Positions 1 through 11,459 of a DNA stretch of 64,000 bases are shown one piece after another (the stretch's first letter is position 1; every line of letters begins with the position of its first letter). Made by a program: the position numbers and the translations under genes. The DNA lies in the NCBI RefSeq assembly GCF_006345805.1, contig NC_043004.1:8432001-8496000 (forward strand). Direction: 5' to 3'. The notes under the pieces are model-generated. The model did not search any database and was not told the origin of the DNA. It was given only the letters and a program-made list of their open reading frames with translations. The DNA comes from Octopus sinensis (Eukaryota).

Positions 1-2
1 TT

Positions 3-1046
3 CTTGATCTCCTTTTTGCTGATGACTGTGCTCTTGTCACCCATAGTCTTGAGGACACGCAGAACATCCTCAATAGCTTCTCTGATGCATGTAAGGCCTT
101 TGGTCTTACAATTAGCATAACGAAAACTGAACTTATTCACCAGCCGAAACCATACTCTTCGCCCTCTTCACAACCAGTGGTATATGTTGATGGTAAAGCT
201 TTGAAAACAGTATCTTATTTTACATACCTCGGCTCTATTGTGTCTGATGATGCAAAATTTGAAAAAGATATCCAAAACAGAATCAATAAAGCAAGTGAAG
301 TATTTGGTAGGTTGCGACACAGCCTTTGGAACATCCACGATGTGTCTCTGAAAGTAAAAGTAGCAGTCTACAAATCTGTTGTTCTATCTACTCTTCTGTA
401 TGGTGGCGAAACGTGGACCTTGTATCGCAAGCATATCAATCAGCTTGATTCCTTCCATATGAGATGTCTGCGTTCTTTTTGCAATGTTAAATGGCAAGAT
501 CGTGTTCGAAATAGTGAGTTACTGGAGAGGTGTGAGATCACTGGTATTGAAACATTTTTGATTAAGATACAAATGCGGTGGTCTGGTCATCTCGTGAGAA
601 TGGATGACTCAAGAGTTCTAAAGCAGCTTTTTTATGGGCAATTGACAAATTCTTCCCGTCCAACATGGCATCCTCTTCTTCGTTACAAGGACAAACTAAA
701 AGACAATCTGAAGCGTTGTGACATTGCTCTAAGCTCCTGGGAGAGTGCAGCAGGGGATCGCAGAAAATGGAGGAAAATGAGTTTTCTTAAGACTAGAGAA
801 TTTGAAAGTAACCGCCTTCGTCATAGGGACGCCCTTCGTGCAAATTTGAAAGCAATGCATCAGCAAAATCCACCAAACAATGACTGTGTGTGTCACTGTG
901 GGTTCAAAGCACGAAGCAAAGCTGGGTTGGCTGTCCACTCGAGAAGACATTTTGAACCAACGAATACGTGCAAGTGTACCATTTGCGAGAAAGTGTGCAA
1001 GACATCTGCTGGATTGAAGGTACACATGCGGTGTCACAAGGCTTAG
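3..1046 (+). CDS. RTE-clade LINE ORF, 3' half (RT C-terminus plus two C2H2 zinc fingers); 5' end lies outside the window
   Basis: The frame is open from nt 3: LDLLFADDCAL (FADD at 15-26), then FTYLGS, LLYGGETW and RWSGHLVRM. It ends with CVCHC-x12-H-x3-H and CTIC-x12-H-x3-H. Confidence 0.9.
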   Translation, partial: LDLLFADDCALVTHSLEDTQNILNSFSDACKAFGLTISITKTELIHQPKPYSSPSSQPVVYVDGKALKTVSYFTYLGSIVSDDAKFEKDIQNRINKASEVFGRLRHSLWNIHDVSLKVKVAVYKSVVLSTLLYGGETWTLYRKHINQLDSFHMRCLRSFCNVKWQDRVRNSELLERCEITGIETFLIKIQMRWSGHLVRMDDSRVLKQLFYGQLTNSSRPTWHPLLRYKDKLKDNLKRCDIALSSWESAAGDRRKWRKMSFLKTREFESNRLRHRDALRANLKAMHQQNPPNNDCVCHCGFKARSKAGLAVHSRRHFEPTNTCKCTICEKVCKTSAGLKVHMRCHKA

Positions 1047-1103
1047 GAATTGTTGAAGGTTATTTACTGAACCCTCATTCATCGTCTTCGATGAGAGAAT
1101 CCA

Positions 1104-1150
<47 letters not shown>
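1047..1150 (+). mobile_element. RTE LINE 3' UTR with terminal stem-loop and (AT)n tail
   Basis: TCATCG-tctt-CGATGA hairpin at 1079-1094, followed by (AT)n. Confidence 0.7.
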
Positions 1151-1154
<4 letters not shown>

Positions 1155-1302
1155 GTGTGTGTGTGCGTGTATATATATACACACACACATACACATACAT
1201 ACATATATATATAAGTGTGAGTTTGTGTGTGAAAGAGAGAGAGAGTTTTATTATATCATAGCCTTATACCTATTCCAGGAATTATTACTGATGTTTTCGT
1301 TA

Positions 1303-1518
1303 AGGCGGTGAGCTGGCAGAATCGTTATCACGCTGGACAAAATGCCTGTCAATATTTCGCCCATCGCTAAGTTTTAAGTTCAAATTCCATCGAGGTTGTC
1401 TTTGCCTTTCACCTTTTCAGGGTCGATAAATTAAGTACCAATGAAAGACTGGGGTCGATGTTATCGACTACTTCCCACTCCCCGCAAAATTTCAACCCTT
1501 GTCCCTTCAGTAGAAAGG

Positions 1519-1520
<2 letters not shown>
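1303..1520 (+). mobile_element. tRNA-derived SINE, family A
   Basis: GGCGGTGAGCTGGCAGAATCG head, GTTCAAATTCC B-box and GGGTCGATAAATTAAGTACC body; many copies in the window. Confidence 0.8.
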
Positions 1521-1558
<38 letters not shown>

Positions 1559-1591
1559 GTAGTAGTAGTAGTATTGTTGTTGTTGTTGTTG

Positions 1592-1641
<50 letters not shown>

Positions 1642-1642
<1 letters not shown>

Positions 1643-2345
1643 GAAAACTCACAGCTTATTCTGCTGGGTATGTTGGAAAGTTTCAGCTGTCCGCAGCCAA
1701 CAAACTAAGGTGACACTTGTTTACTGGCCATGCTTCGAGAACCCTACGAAAAATTCTTACAGTTCCAAGCAACGCTGATTTTTGTAAGTGTCGTACCTTA
1801 CTCCCATGCTCTTTCTGTTTTTTTGTGTTCTTTTCCTCTTTATGCTTTTCTTTCTTTATGTTTTTCTTTCTGTACACAATTCTCAGTTTTAATGACGCCG
1901 GCCTTCCTCGCATGTTTCAAGAATGATGCCAAGGCATTTTTGACATACCACCCTAAGCTGTTTTAGTCTGCTTCGATACAATCCTGGCAACTAATCAAAC
2001 CTCTCCTACCCTTTATTCTGGACAAGTACAGCTTCTCGGTGTCATTCTTAGGGTGGCAGTCTCCGTGCACTGTCAACATTTTTCTTGTCTTCGTATCATC
2101 AGTTCTTTCTTTTACTGTATTATGATTCCAGCTGCATGCCAAAGGGATGTTAGCACCACTATATTAACCGCTTGGATTTTATTTCATCCGGTCAATGTTG
2201 AGCGCAACACCAACCTTAGTCTTCGGAAATATTCCATCTTCAGTTACTCTTTCATTTCCTTCTCCATTATCTCGTTGAACTCTAGTGTGTCCTCGTATTC
2301 GTAGCCTTCCGTTTCAACTTGTTTAATCAGTTCTTTATTAGGTAA
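1642..2345 (-). mobile_element. Degenerate, internally deleted R4/Dong-like (RLE) LINE with (TAA)n tail
   Basis: Minus-strand peptides GIELPNKELIKQVETEGYEY, KTRKMLTVHGDCHPKNDTEKLYLSRIKGRRGLIS and HLQKSALLGTVRIFRRVLEA; abuts (ATT)n at 1519-1641. Confidence 0.8.
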
Positions 2346-2376
2346 TTCTATCCCTGCTATTGTTATTTCCTCTTTA

Positions 2377-2568
2377 TCACAGGTTTTGTTGGATCTCCCG
2401 GAGTCTTGCATGCGTAACAGGCTTACTGCCCGCAGCCCACCGTACCATGCTATTCGTTCTTTTCAGCTGTTTTATACTTTCCTGATTACTTTCCTGCACT
2501 TCACGTGGTTGGTTCTTAGAGGCGACGATCTTACTTGCTCTGGTTAACTCTGTGAGAGCGGACAACAA
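2377..2568 (-). mobile_element. Possible RTE LINE 3' fragment
   Basis: LKRTNSMVRWAAG resembles the RTE C-terminal ..SMLRWMCG region; weak match. Confidence 0.35.
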
Positions 2569-2760
2569 TCTGTTGTCAAAGACCTCTGATTATAAGGCTT
2601 CAACATCAAAGTACCAATCTCAGAATCCTTGCTGTCTCCAGTGGAGCAGATTTTAGGCCTTCTCTGTCCTCATGTCAATTCCAATTTCTCCAACATAATT
2701 CTAGAACTTGGTTCTTAGTGCTCCGAGTGTTTCTTTAATATATTTGGGTGCTGCACATTT
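2560..2760 (-). mobile_element. R4/Dong-like LINE extreme 3' fragment
   Basis: Minus strand reads TLGALRTKF*NYVGEIGIDMR ... KSAPLETARILRLVL* (stop at 2606-2608). Confidence 0.6.
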
Positions 2761-2894
2761 TCGTGTTGCTATTTCTTACAGCGGCAAGCTAGGGTTAGAT
2801 GTTACTAAAGGCTGCTTGATGCACCACCCCGGACTGTTCTCCCCGTTGACAACACATATCTTGCATCCCCTGATGGGGATGACAGCAGGTATTG

Positions 2895-2971
<77 letters not shown>

Positions 2972-3507
2972 CGTCATTATCGTGATTATTGTTGTTGTTG
3001 TTATCATTATTATAACATCAACAAGAATGTCGCAACCCAGAGTACTTCGTGCACCTTTTAACATATGAACAGAATATTTCTTATGCTTCAGGCAGTAAAC
3101 AAAAAAATACTGTGTCGGAAAATTAGCCAGTTCGCATGAATATATCATATCTGTAAATCTATCTTTCAATTTCATGTCTGCTTTCAAAACAAACTGAAAA
3201 GTCTCTAGTTTGAATGCTGACAAACAAGAACGAATTATATGTTTTATTTTTATTATTATTATGTTTTTCGTAAAAAAAATTTGTTTTGAAAAGAAAGAAA
3301 CAGTCAAAAATAAAGTAAAAATTAGAAATGAAAGAAAAAAATGAATGTTTTGCCTTGAAACGGAAAGACAGAGTAAAACTTGTAATTTCATTAAGTTTGA
3401 GTCGTTGTTCAACTAATTTAATTTCTTTTAACATGTATATACATGTATATACAGTTATGACAATATATACATATACATATACATACATACATACATACAT
3501 ATATATA

Positions 3508-3540
<33 letters not shown>

Positions 3541-3719
3541 CAGTTATGGCAATAATATGAACTGCACAAATATTACGTATAAAGTATGAATGTTTCCTTA
3601 AAATGTAATTATACTTGAACTGCACTAAAGAAACCGGTGAGGCTGAAACTTGTATACAAATGCAAAAATAGGTTGTGGAAATTTCCTTATTTGATAATAT
3701 TGGCTTCAAATTTTGGAAC

Positions 3720-3957
3720 GACGCCAGTAATTTTGGGGAAAGAGAATTAATCAATCACACCGCCAGTAATTTTGGGGAAGGAGAATTAATTGATCACACT
3801 GCCCCGGTGCTGAACTGGTATTTATTTTATCGACCTCGAAACGAAAAAAGGAAAAGTCGACTCCGGAAGAATTTGAACTCAGAACGTAAAACCAAAGGAA
3901 ATGCTACAAATCATTTTTAGTCGACGCGCGAACGATTCTCTACCCGTTCGCCATCTT
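3720..3957 (-). mobile_element. SINE family A with ~40 bp tandem duplication in its tail
   Basis: TTTATCGACC...GAATTTGAACTCAGAACGT motifs; CGCCAGTAATTTTGGGGAA occurs twice (about 3722 and 3761). Confidence 0.7.
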
Positions 3958-4308
3958 TCCTTCTTTGATAAAACTCAACAAATGATGCGAACGTTCATAG
4001 AATTAAGGAAAAGAAACCAACGTCACCTCCATCTCTGTCTTTCACTCTCATTCTATTCTATTCTGCTGTGGTAAGTTCTTGGAATACACTTTGTTGGCGT
4101 AGTTCTCATCCTTGGACCAACGGATTCATAGCACCCGACAAATGCAGTATTGGTGGTCCGTGAGCTGAGGTTAAAATCACAAAAGGCCATAATGTAGCAT
4201 TTATGGTTACTTGGTCTCATATCAGTTTTCAGTCAAACACGTCTTTGGATTAAGTTACGAAACTGGCAAAACGTGTTAGTTGTTGATTTCTGAAAATTGT
4301 CAAATTTA

Positions 4309-4470
4309 GCGAGCTTCGAAGAACCGTTAGCAGGCCTGACAAAATGCTTAGCAGCATTGCTTCCGGTTTTACGTTCTGACTTTAAATTTCGCCGAGGTCA
4401 GCCTTACTTTTTATCCTTGCTGAATACTGGGGTTGATGTAATGGACTGACCCCTCCCTACAAACTTTCAG
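4309..4470 (+). mobile_element. SINE family A (degenerate)
   Basis: GCGAGCTT..GAACCGTTAGC head, ACGTTCTG..TTAAATTTCGCCGAGGTC and CTGGGGTTGATGTAAT. Confidence 0.65.
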
Positions 4471-5050
4471 GCCCTGTGCTTATAGTAGAAAGAAAGAATT
4501 TCTAAAATTGACAAGTAGACAGACTTTTGAGACGCCTTGGAACTTCTGGGAAAATTCATTTGAATAAAAAAACTTCCTTGGTAGTGCAGAGTTTGTGAGA
4601 GATTTCTGTGATTCACCATAAATGGGATCATAATCTCTTTCTGAACAAAGATTTTAAAGCGCGTAGAATATGATGGCTGCTGTCTTCGGAGCAAAAGCAG
4701 GGTCAGCGGTGAATTCACCGTGGGTTCCGAAGGAGACAAAGTGTAAAAGAGAAATATTCCTCGCTTTCCAATCGTGTTTCCAGATTCGATTTTACAGCTT
4801 GGTTCTTCGGCAGCGGCTTTCTACTTTAACGTTAGGTTTAACAAAAGCTTATGGGGTGGAGTAGTGGAATGGAGCCAGGAACCAAATGGTTACGAGTCAA
4901 TTCCTTCTAACAATGTTTTACCATGCATGCATTTATGTATGTATGTATGTATGTTTGTATTTGTGTGTGCACACAGGCGTATGTATGTATTCCTTCAAGT
5001 ACATCCTCTCTCTTGCACATCACATACATGCATACGTATATATATATATA

Positions 5051-5104
<54 letters not shown>

Positions 5105-5764
5105 ATACAAACACACACACATGTATGTATGTATATTTATGTGTGTATATATATGTATGCATGATGTAGAAGTATTTATATCCTTTTTTTTCTCGGTTGT
5201 GTTTACCCACCCGTTTCAGTACAATACATCCAGTGTTGTTGCTGGCGAAATTATACGAAAGAAGAAAGTCACATGTCACATGTGTTATCAAATTCTTGCA
5301 ACCCTTTCATAAATAATTAACATTATTTCTGAAATATAATTTTCAATTTGCTTTCTATATTTTCATTTCATTTCATTTTGTTTGTTTGTTTGTTTGTTTG
5401 TTTGTTTGTTTGTTTGTTTCCTTCTTTCTTTCTTTCTTCATTTCTTTCTCTCTTTCTTTCTCTCTTTCTTCCTTTTTTTCTCTCTTTCTTTCTTTCTTTC
5501 TTTTGTTCCTTTCTTCCCTCATTTCTCTCTGTCCGTCTGTATTAATTTTCTTCTTTATATTCCGCTTTCGTTTTTCTTTTTTTGTTTTCAATTCCGAATT
5601 CCCGTCCCCCCCACCCCCGTCCCCATATCAAAACTCTCGCCCTGACCTCCCAGGGACAGCTTCAGCATGAGTCTTCGTCTAAGTTTGCACAGTAACGGAG
5701 ATAAATGCATGCATATTTGTGTCTGTATGTATTGTGTGTATGTTTTAATTTGTGTGCATGTGAG

Positions 5765-5799
<35 letters not shown>

Positions 5800-6327
5800 G
5801 AATGTGTGTGTGTGTGTGTGCGTGTGCATGTGCGTGTGTGTTTGTATGTCTGTGTATGTATTAAGATGTGTTTGCGTATATGCAGCGTATTGATACACGG
5901 CATGTGTGTGCTTGTATGTGTGTGTTTGTTTACGTCTGGGTTTTATCCGTGTCAAATTCCACCGCTTATCGCAGAGTTTGTAATTCTTATATTAGCACGT
6001 GACCTACGGTTTTTGAAAAAACAGAGCAAGCGAGATGGTGTGAAGTTAATGCCGTTCTTTAAGGTGTATTACTGGGGTGTAACTGAAAATAAACTGTTGC
6101 GGCTGGGGGCCTTGCTGGTGACGATTTGGGAGTGTTGCAGTGGCAGGGTGGATGTGGTTGCGATAACGGTGTTTGTAACTGAGACAGTGGTGGTGGTGGT
6201 GGAGGATGGGTGGTGAACGGCAGAGCTGATGAATGTGGTTGGGATGGTGGTGGTGGGTTAAAACTATCCACATGACTCCTGTTGAGTCACTGAGTTGTTC
6301 AGGCCTTCTCAATGACTTATTCACAAT

Positions 6328-6329
<2 letters not shown>

Positions 6330-6414
<85 letters not shown>

Positions 6415-6650
6415 CACACAAACACACGCACACATGCACGCACACACAAACACACGCACACACACACACACACAAACACACACTCACGCACACACTCTCA
6501 CACACACACACTCACATACACACTCACACACACACACACTCACACACACTCACACATAGACACACACACACATTCACACATACTCACACACACACAGACA
6601 CAAGCAAATACGCACACACCCTCACACACACAAACACACACACACACACA
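6330..6650. repeat. Degenerate (CA)n microsatellite
   Basis: Seen directly; source of the spurious HT/CV ORFs. Confidence 0.95.
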
Positions 6651-7007
6651 CGACCCCGCTGTAGAGCAATCATCGTGTGGAGTCTCCAGCCGTTCTCTGT
6701 CTTAAATCTTATTTGTAGATTTATTTAATGAAAACTGAATTCTTTAGCATACCGGAAGAAATGCTGTTAAGCATTTTGTCCGGTATGCTAGCGATTCTGC
6801 CATCTTGCTGTTTACCACAGCTTCTAATAGTAATAACAGTCTCTGACTTTTATGTACCCTGGAAGAATGAACTCTTCAAAGCTGGCCTCGGTAGAATTTG
6901 AACTCAGAACTCAAAGAGCTGAAAGGGATACGGCAGAGTATTGTCTGGCGTTCTAACAATTCTGTGAGTTTGTTGCCTTAAAAATAATAATGATTCTAAT
7001 TTTGGTA

Positions 7008-7262
7008 GTGGAGGCGTATGGCTTAGTGGTAAGGGACGCTGGCTTAATGATCGTAAGATTGTGGTTTCGATTCCTGCACCGGGTGACGTCTTGTGGTTCT
7101 TCAGCAAAATACTTCATTTCACATTAATCCAGTTCACCCAGCTGGCAAAAATAAGTAACCTTGCGACGGACCCCGTTCAGGGTTGGGGCTATACCTGCCA
7201 TGGAAACCAGGAAACCGGCCCTTATAAGTCTATATGATGCAGGAAGGAGCTTCGCTTTTCTT
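7008..7262 (+). mobile_element. tRNA-derived SINE, family B (CORE-SINE-like body)
   Basis: A-box TGGCTTAGTGG, B-box GGTTTCGATTCC and the body CAGCAAAATACTTCATTTCAC; related copies at ~31085-31290 (+) and 40440-40687 (-). Confidence 0.75.
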
Positions 7263-8053
7263 GCAATTTTTGGTAAAAGGTTAGCAAATGTGAGTGGAAT
7301 AGGTTAATCGATACCATCGACTTCAGTATTGACAGGCAATTTATTTTATCGATCCTGGAGAAATGGAAAGCAAAGCTGATCTCGATGGGATTAGAACTGA
7401 GAACAGAGAGTCGGAAGAAACGCCGCTAAGTGTTGCGTTCAGCGCACGACCAGTTCTGCCAGCTGGCAGCTTTGACAACAACAGCAATAATGACCTCTTC
7501 ATTATCAACTTAGGATTTACAGAAAGACAAAAAAAAAGTAACCAGTACAGGACTGCACAATACAACATGATATGGAGATACGTGTAGGCTTGGAGAGAGT
7601 AAAACAACAAAATGAAAGAAACAGCAAAATTTCAACAAGGAAAAATTTCCCAAAAGAGCGGAGATTTCCGTGAGCAATAATAATAATAATAATAATAATA
7701 ATATAAACTTCTTTTATTTGCCATAGGGGCATCTAATGAGGAAAACACTACAAGGACAGTTTCCGTGTACTCTCTTGTCATTAGGTTACACAGAAGACTA
7801 TATTTTATTGTATAAACATTGCTCGCTACATCTTCAGAAAAAGAAGAAAAAACTACTTTAAGATACTTTATTGATTGCAAGAGATCCTGATAACTGTGAC
7901 CGCTTTTTCGTATCATTATGAACTTAAACATACTTTCAACTTTGCAGTAGAAATATTGTTTATAACAACCTGAAACCTTTCTTAGACTGTTTGTTTTAGT
8001 TGTGTAGATGCGTCTGTAGATATTACTGGGGAGATACCGCTATAGATATATAT

Positions 8054-8284
8054 ATATTTTTACTACCCACAAGGGGCTAAAGACAGAGGGGACAACAAGG
8101 ACAGACAAAGAGATTAAGTCGATTACATCGACCCCAGTGCGTAACTGGTACTTAATTTATCGACCCCGAAAGGATGAAAGGCAAAGTCAACCTCGGCGGA
8201 ATTTGAACCCAGAACGTAACGGCAGACGAAATACGGTTACGCATTTCGCCTGGCGTGTTAACGTTTCTGCCAGCTCGTCGCCCT
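8054..8284 (-). mobile_element. Full-length SINE family A with 16-bp target site duplication
   Basis: Complete head-to-tail copy; CGCTATAGATATATAT at 8038-8053 and 8285-8300. Confidence 0.9.
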
Positions 8285-8541
8285 CGCTATAGATATATAT
8301 TTTCAAGATGGACGAAAAGAGAGGAAGTGAATAGGGGCGATAGTTAGAGAAAGTGCGTGCAACCAATTAGGAGAATAAATCTATGGCATTGTAAAGAAAA
8401 AAATAGAGCTGGGGGTGCTAACATAATAACATGAATAGATAAATGCTAACAAAGCACCACCATTCTTGCCCCCAGCACCTCGCTTCTTTAGTTTCCCTTC
8501 TTTTCATTCAATGTGTATCGAACGATTGTTCTTTTTTGTCA

Positions 8542-9815
8542 CTCACCTTAACCGATGAGAGTAATATATTCGTGGAAGAATGATCTGCAGGAAATAGAAA
8601 CTGAATCTTTTTTTTAAATTGTATATGGCCGTCTTTAAAACAGGACATGTAATTCTTGATACATTGTGTGTAAAAATCAGGATGGGATGGCTGAATTTGT
8701 TTCATTAGATGTCCACTAGAGATCGCCGCAATTGCAGCCCCTTTCAGCCGTATTGCTCCCTGAAGAAGTGCCGAAAAATCCAGGTATCAGAAAATGTTCG
8801 GATCTTTTTAACAAACTTGTTGTAGCATGTATTCCCCCATCCCTGTTGACCCATCTTTCCGGGCACCAATCAAGAGTCAATTAAAACCCCCCAGACTATG
8901 TGGAAGATATTTTGTTTCACTGCATCCCGAAGATCTGATCTTTGATCTCAACTGTGGTCTTTTTCTTCACAACCCTCTGCCATATCAGAGTGTAGCGGGT
9001 ACTTTGCATGCCTACCGCCTTTGGGTCAGATTTCACTGCGAGTCCTTTCTATCAACAGTTGCCGGCCCAGTGAGTGTCAACCGCGGTGCTAAAAGGTGAC
9101 GAAAATTCAGGGTTCGACTGTGGAGAAGGAACGTTCAGAACGTTGAATACTTTCAAGTAAGGCAATTCGTGACAGAAGGTAAAAGAGATACAATTATGAT
9201 GTAAGACTCAGTCGAGACTCATGGAGAGATGATACCCGTTAACTATGATTCATGGGAAAGCAAGTTTAGTATTAGTAGAGAATGGCCAGTTGCATGTATT
9301 TAAACAAAATAGACAAACACAGGTATATTAAATACTATACAATATAAAACCTTGATTTATTGAAACTTTCTCCGCCTGTAGAAGATGTATCAAAATCCAA
9401 ATGAAAACTAAAAACCATTTTTGTATATGTCTGAGTCCTTCAACTACTAAAGGTAAGGCCGGATAATTGTTGTGCTGACGACGGCTATTGAGACAGAAAC
9501 ACGTGTCCATGACTGTCCTCCTATCTCCAAACAATAACCCTCTTCTGTTCAGTAATGGCATCCCAACTGAAGAATTTTTGAATCCTGTGATTATCTCTCC
9601 TTCTCAAGAGAAGCAGATCCTAATTGCTTTTGGTAATTGTGATTTATTCTCTGCAGGCAGAATTAAAACCTGTGTTTGGCTAATTTGTAATTAGTTCTAG
9701 CGTGAGTGAAGTAGATAAATGCGAATGAAGACGGAATGTGATCCTCGAGTATTTAGTCACTGAATAGATGTATGTGTGTGTGTGTGTGCGTGTGTGTGTG
9801 TGTGTGTGTGTGGTG

Positions 9816-9846
<31 letters not shown>

Positions 9847-11459
9847 TGTGTGATTGTAGCATGTATGAGGGAGAAAGAAGTAGGAAAGAGAGAGAAATAA
9901 AGATCGACTGTTTTATACCCCAAGCAAAAGAAACCACCACAAGTACCGCGGGATATCATCGGCGTCAGCCGAGTTGCGTAATCGAAGACTAGTTTTAGTA
10001 TTTGTTTGGTATTAATATCTGTTAACTCACCCTCCATCATGTCTGTTAACTCTCAGGTTTTACTTTAATTGGAGTTAAACAAACAATACTTGCTTGCTTA
10101 TCTTTTTAGATGTGCCTGGAAATGAAATCATTTCAAGTGACAGCCATCTATTTCTATTGAAGGAAAGCTAGTTGCAATTAATGGCGAAATGAACGAGAGA
10201 GGTTTCTTGGTAATAGAACTATAGGTTTTCGGACTATTTAACCTTATGACAGAGAGAAAAATGTTATATTATATACACCGCTCCACCACATACAGAAAGA
10301 GAAAAGTTCTCAGTGAAGGCATGGCTCGGTGGTAAGTGGGAAGCACTCCGTCGGTCATGACGACGAGGATTCCGGTTGATCCGATCAACGGAACAGCCTG
10401 CTCGTGAAATTAACATGTAAGTGGCTGAGCATTCCACAGACACGTGTACCCTTAACGTAGTTCTCGGGGATATTCAGCGTGACACAGAGAGTGACAAGGC
10501 CGGCCCTTTGAAATACAGGTACAACAGAAACAGGAAGTAAGAGTGAGAGAAAGTTGTGGTGAAAGTGTATAGCAGGGATCACCACCATCCCTGCCGGAGC
10601 CTCGTGGAGCTTTAGGTGTTTTCGCTCAATAAACACTCACAACGCCCGGTCTGGGAATCGAAACCGCGATCCTACGACCGCGAGTCCGCTGCCCTAACCA
10701 CTGGTCCATTGCGCCTCCACGATGTTGGTAAATAAGTACATTTCATAAGCCGGTTGTTCCGGATTCGATTCCAGTGTGCCCCAATTTGGGTGTTTTTCTT
10801 CTGATATAGCCACGTGATGGCCAATATATATGCATAGAATTTTAGTAGACAGGAACAACGCGAAAGTGAGGAATGATTATGAGACTGTAGAGTACTCCCA
10901 GTGGAAATGGACGATCGTGTGTTTTCAGGGAAAAATTCCGATCTTGGCCGGCGTTGAACTCCGACAAGGAACAGCAACTGTGATCCGCGAAAGACTGAGA
11001 AGAAACAGAAAACGTTTAATCTTTGATATGGCAGAGGGTTGTGAAGAAAAAGACCACAGTTGAGATCAAAGATCAGATCTTCGGGATGCAGTGAAACAAA
11101 ATATCTTCCACATAGTCTGAGGGGTTTTAATTGGCTCTGGCTTGGTGCCCGGAAAGATGGGTCAACAGGGATGGGGGAATACATGCTACAACAAGTTGGA
11201 TAAAAAGATCCGACATTTTCTGATACGTGGATCTTTTCGACACTACTTCAGGGAGCAATACGGCTGAAAGGGACCTCAATTGCTGCGATCTCTAGTGGAC
11301 ATCTAATGAAACAAATTCAGCCATCCCATCCTGATTTTTACACACGAATTACAAGTCCTTTTTTAAAGACGGCCATATACAATTTTAAAAAAAGATTCAG
11401 TTTCTATTTCCTGTAGATCATTCTTCCACGAATAGATTTCTCTTATCGGTTAAGGTGAG
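8542..11459. repeat. Long inverted repeat pair: 8542-8990 and 11021-11459
   Basis: The arms are reverse complements (about 90% by eye, with small indels). The two ORF-track peptides MYSPIPVDPSFRAP.. are near-identical on opposite strands. Confidence 0.9.
10339..10720 (-). mobile_element. Young tRNA-derived SINE, family C
   Basis: Near-identical to 43163-43545; has A and B boxes and a 3' stem-loop. Confidence 0.9.

Noticed and set aside
5650-5700. Possible micro-exon on either strand
   Set aside because: Splice signals are weak and the peptides are unrecognisable.
8755-8790. CTGAAGA..GAAA inside the inverted-repeat arm as a hammerhead
   Set aside because: Stems I and II cannot form, and the partner arm reads CTGAAGT.
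11160-11200. GWGNTCYN resembling a USP Cys box
   Set aside because: Short match in a frame closed by stops, inside a repeated arm.
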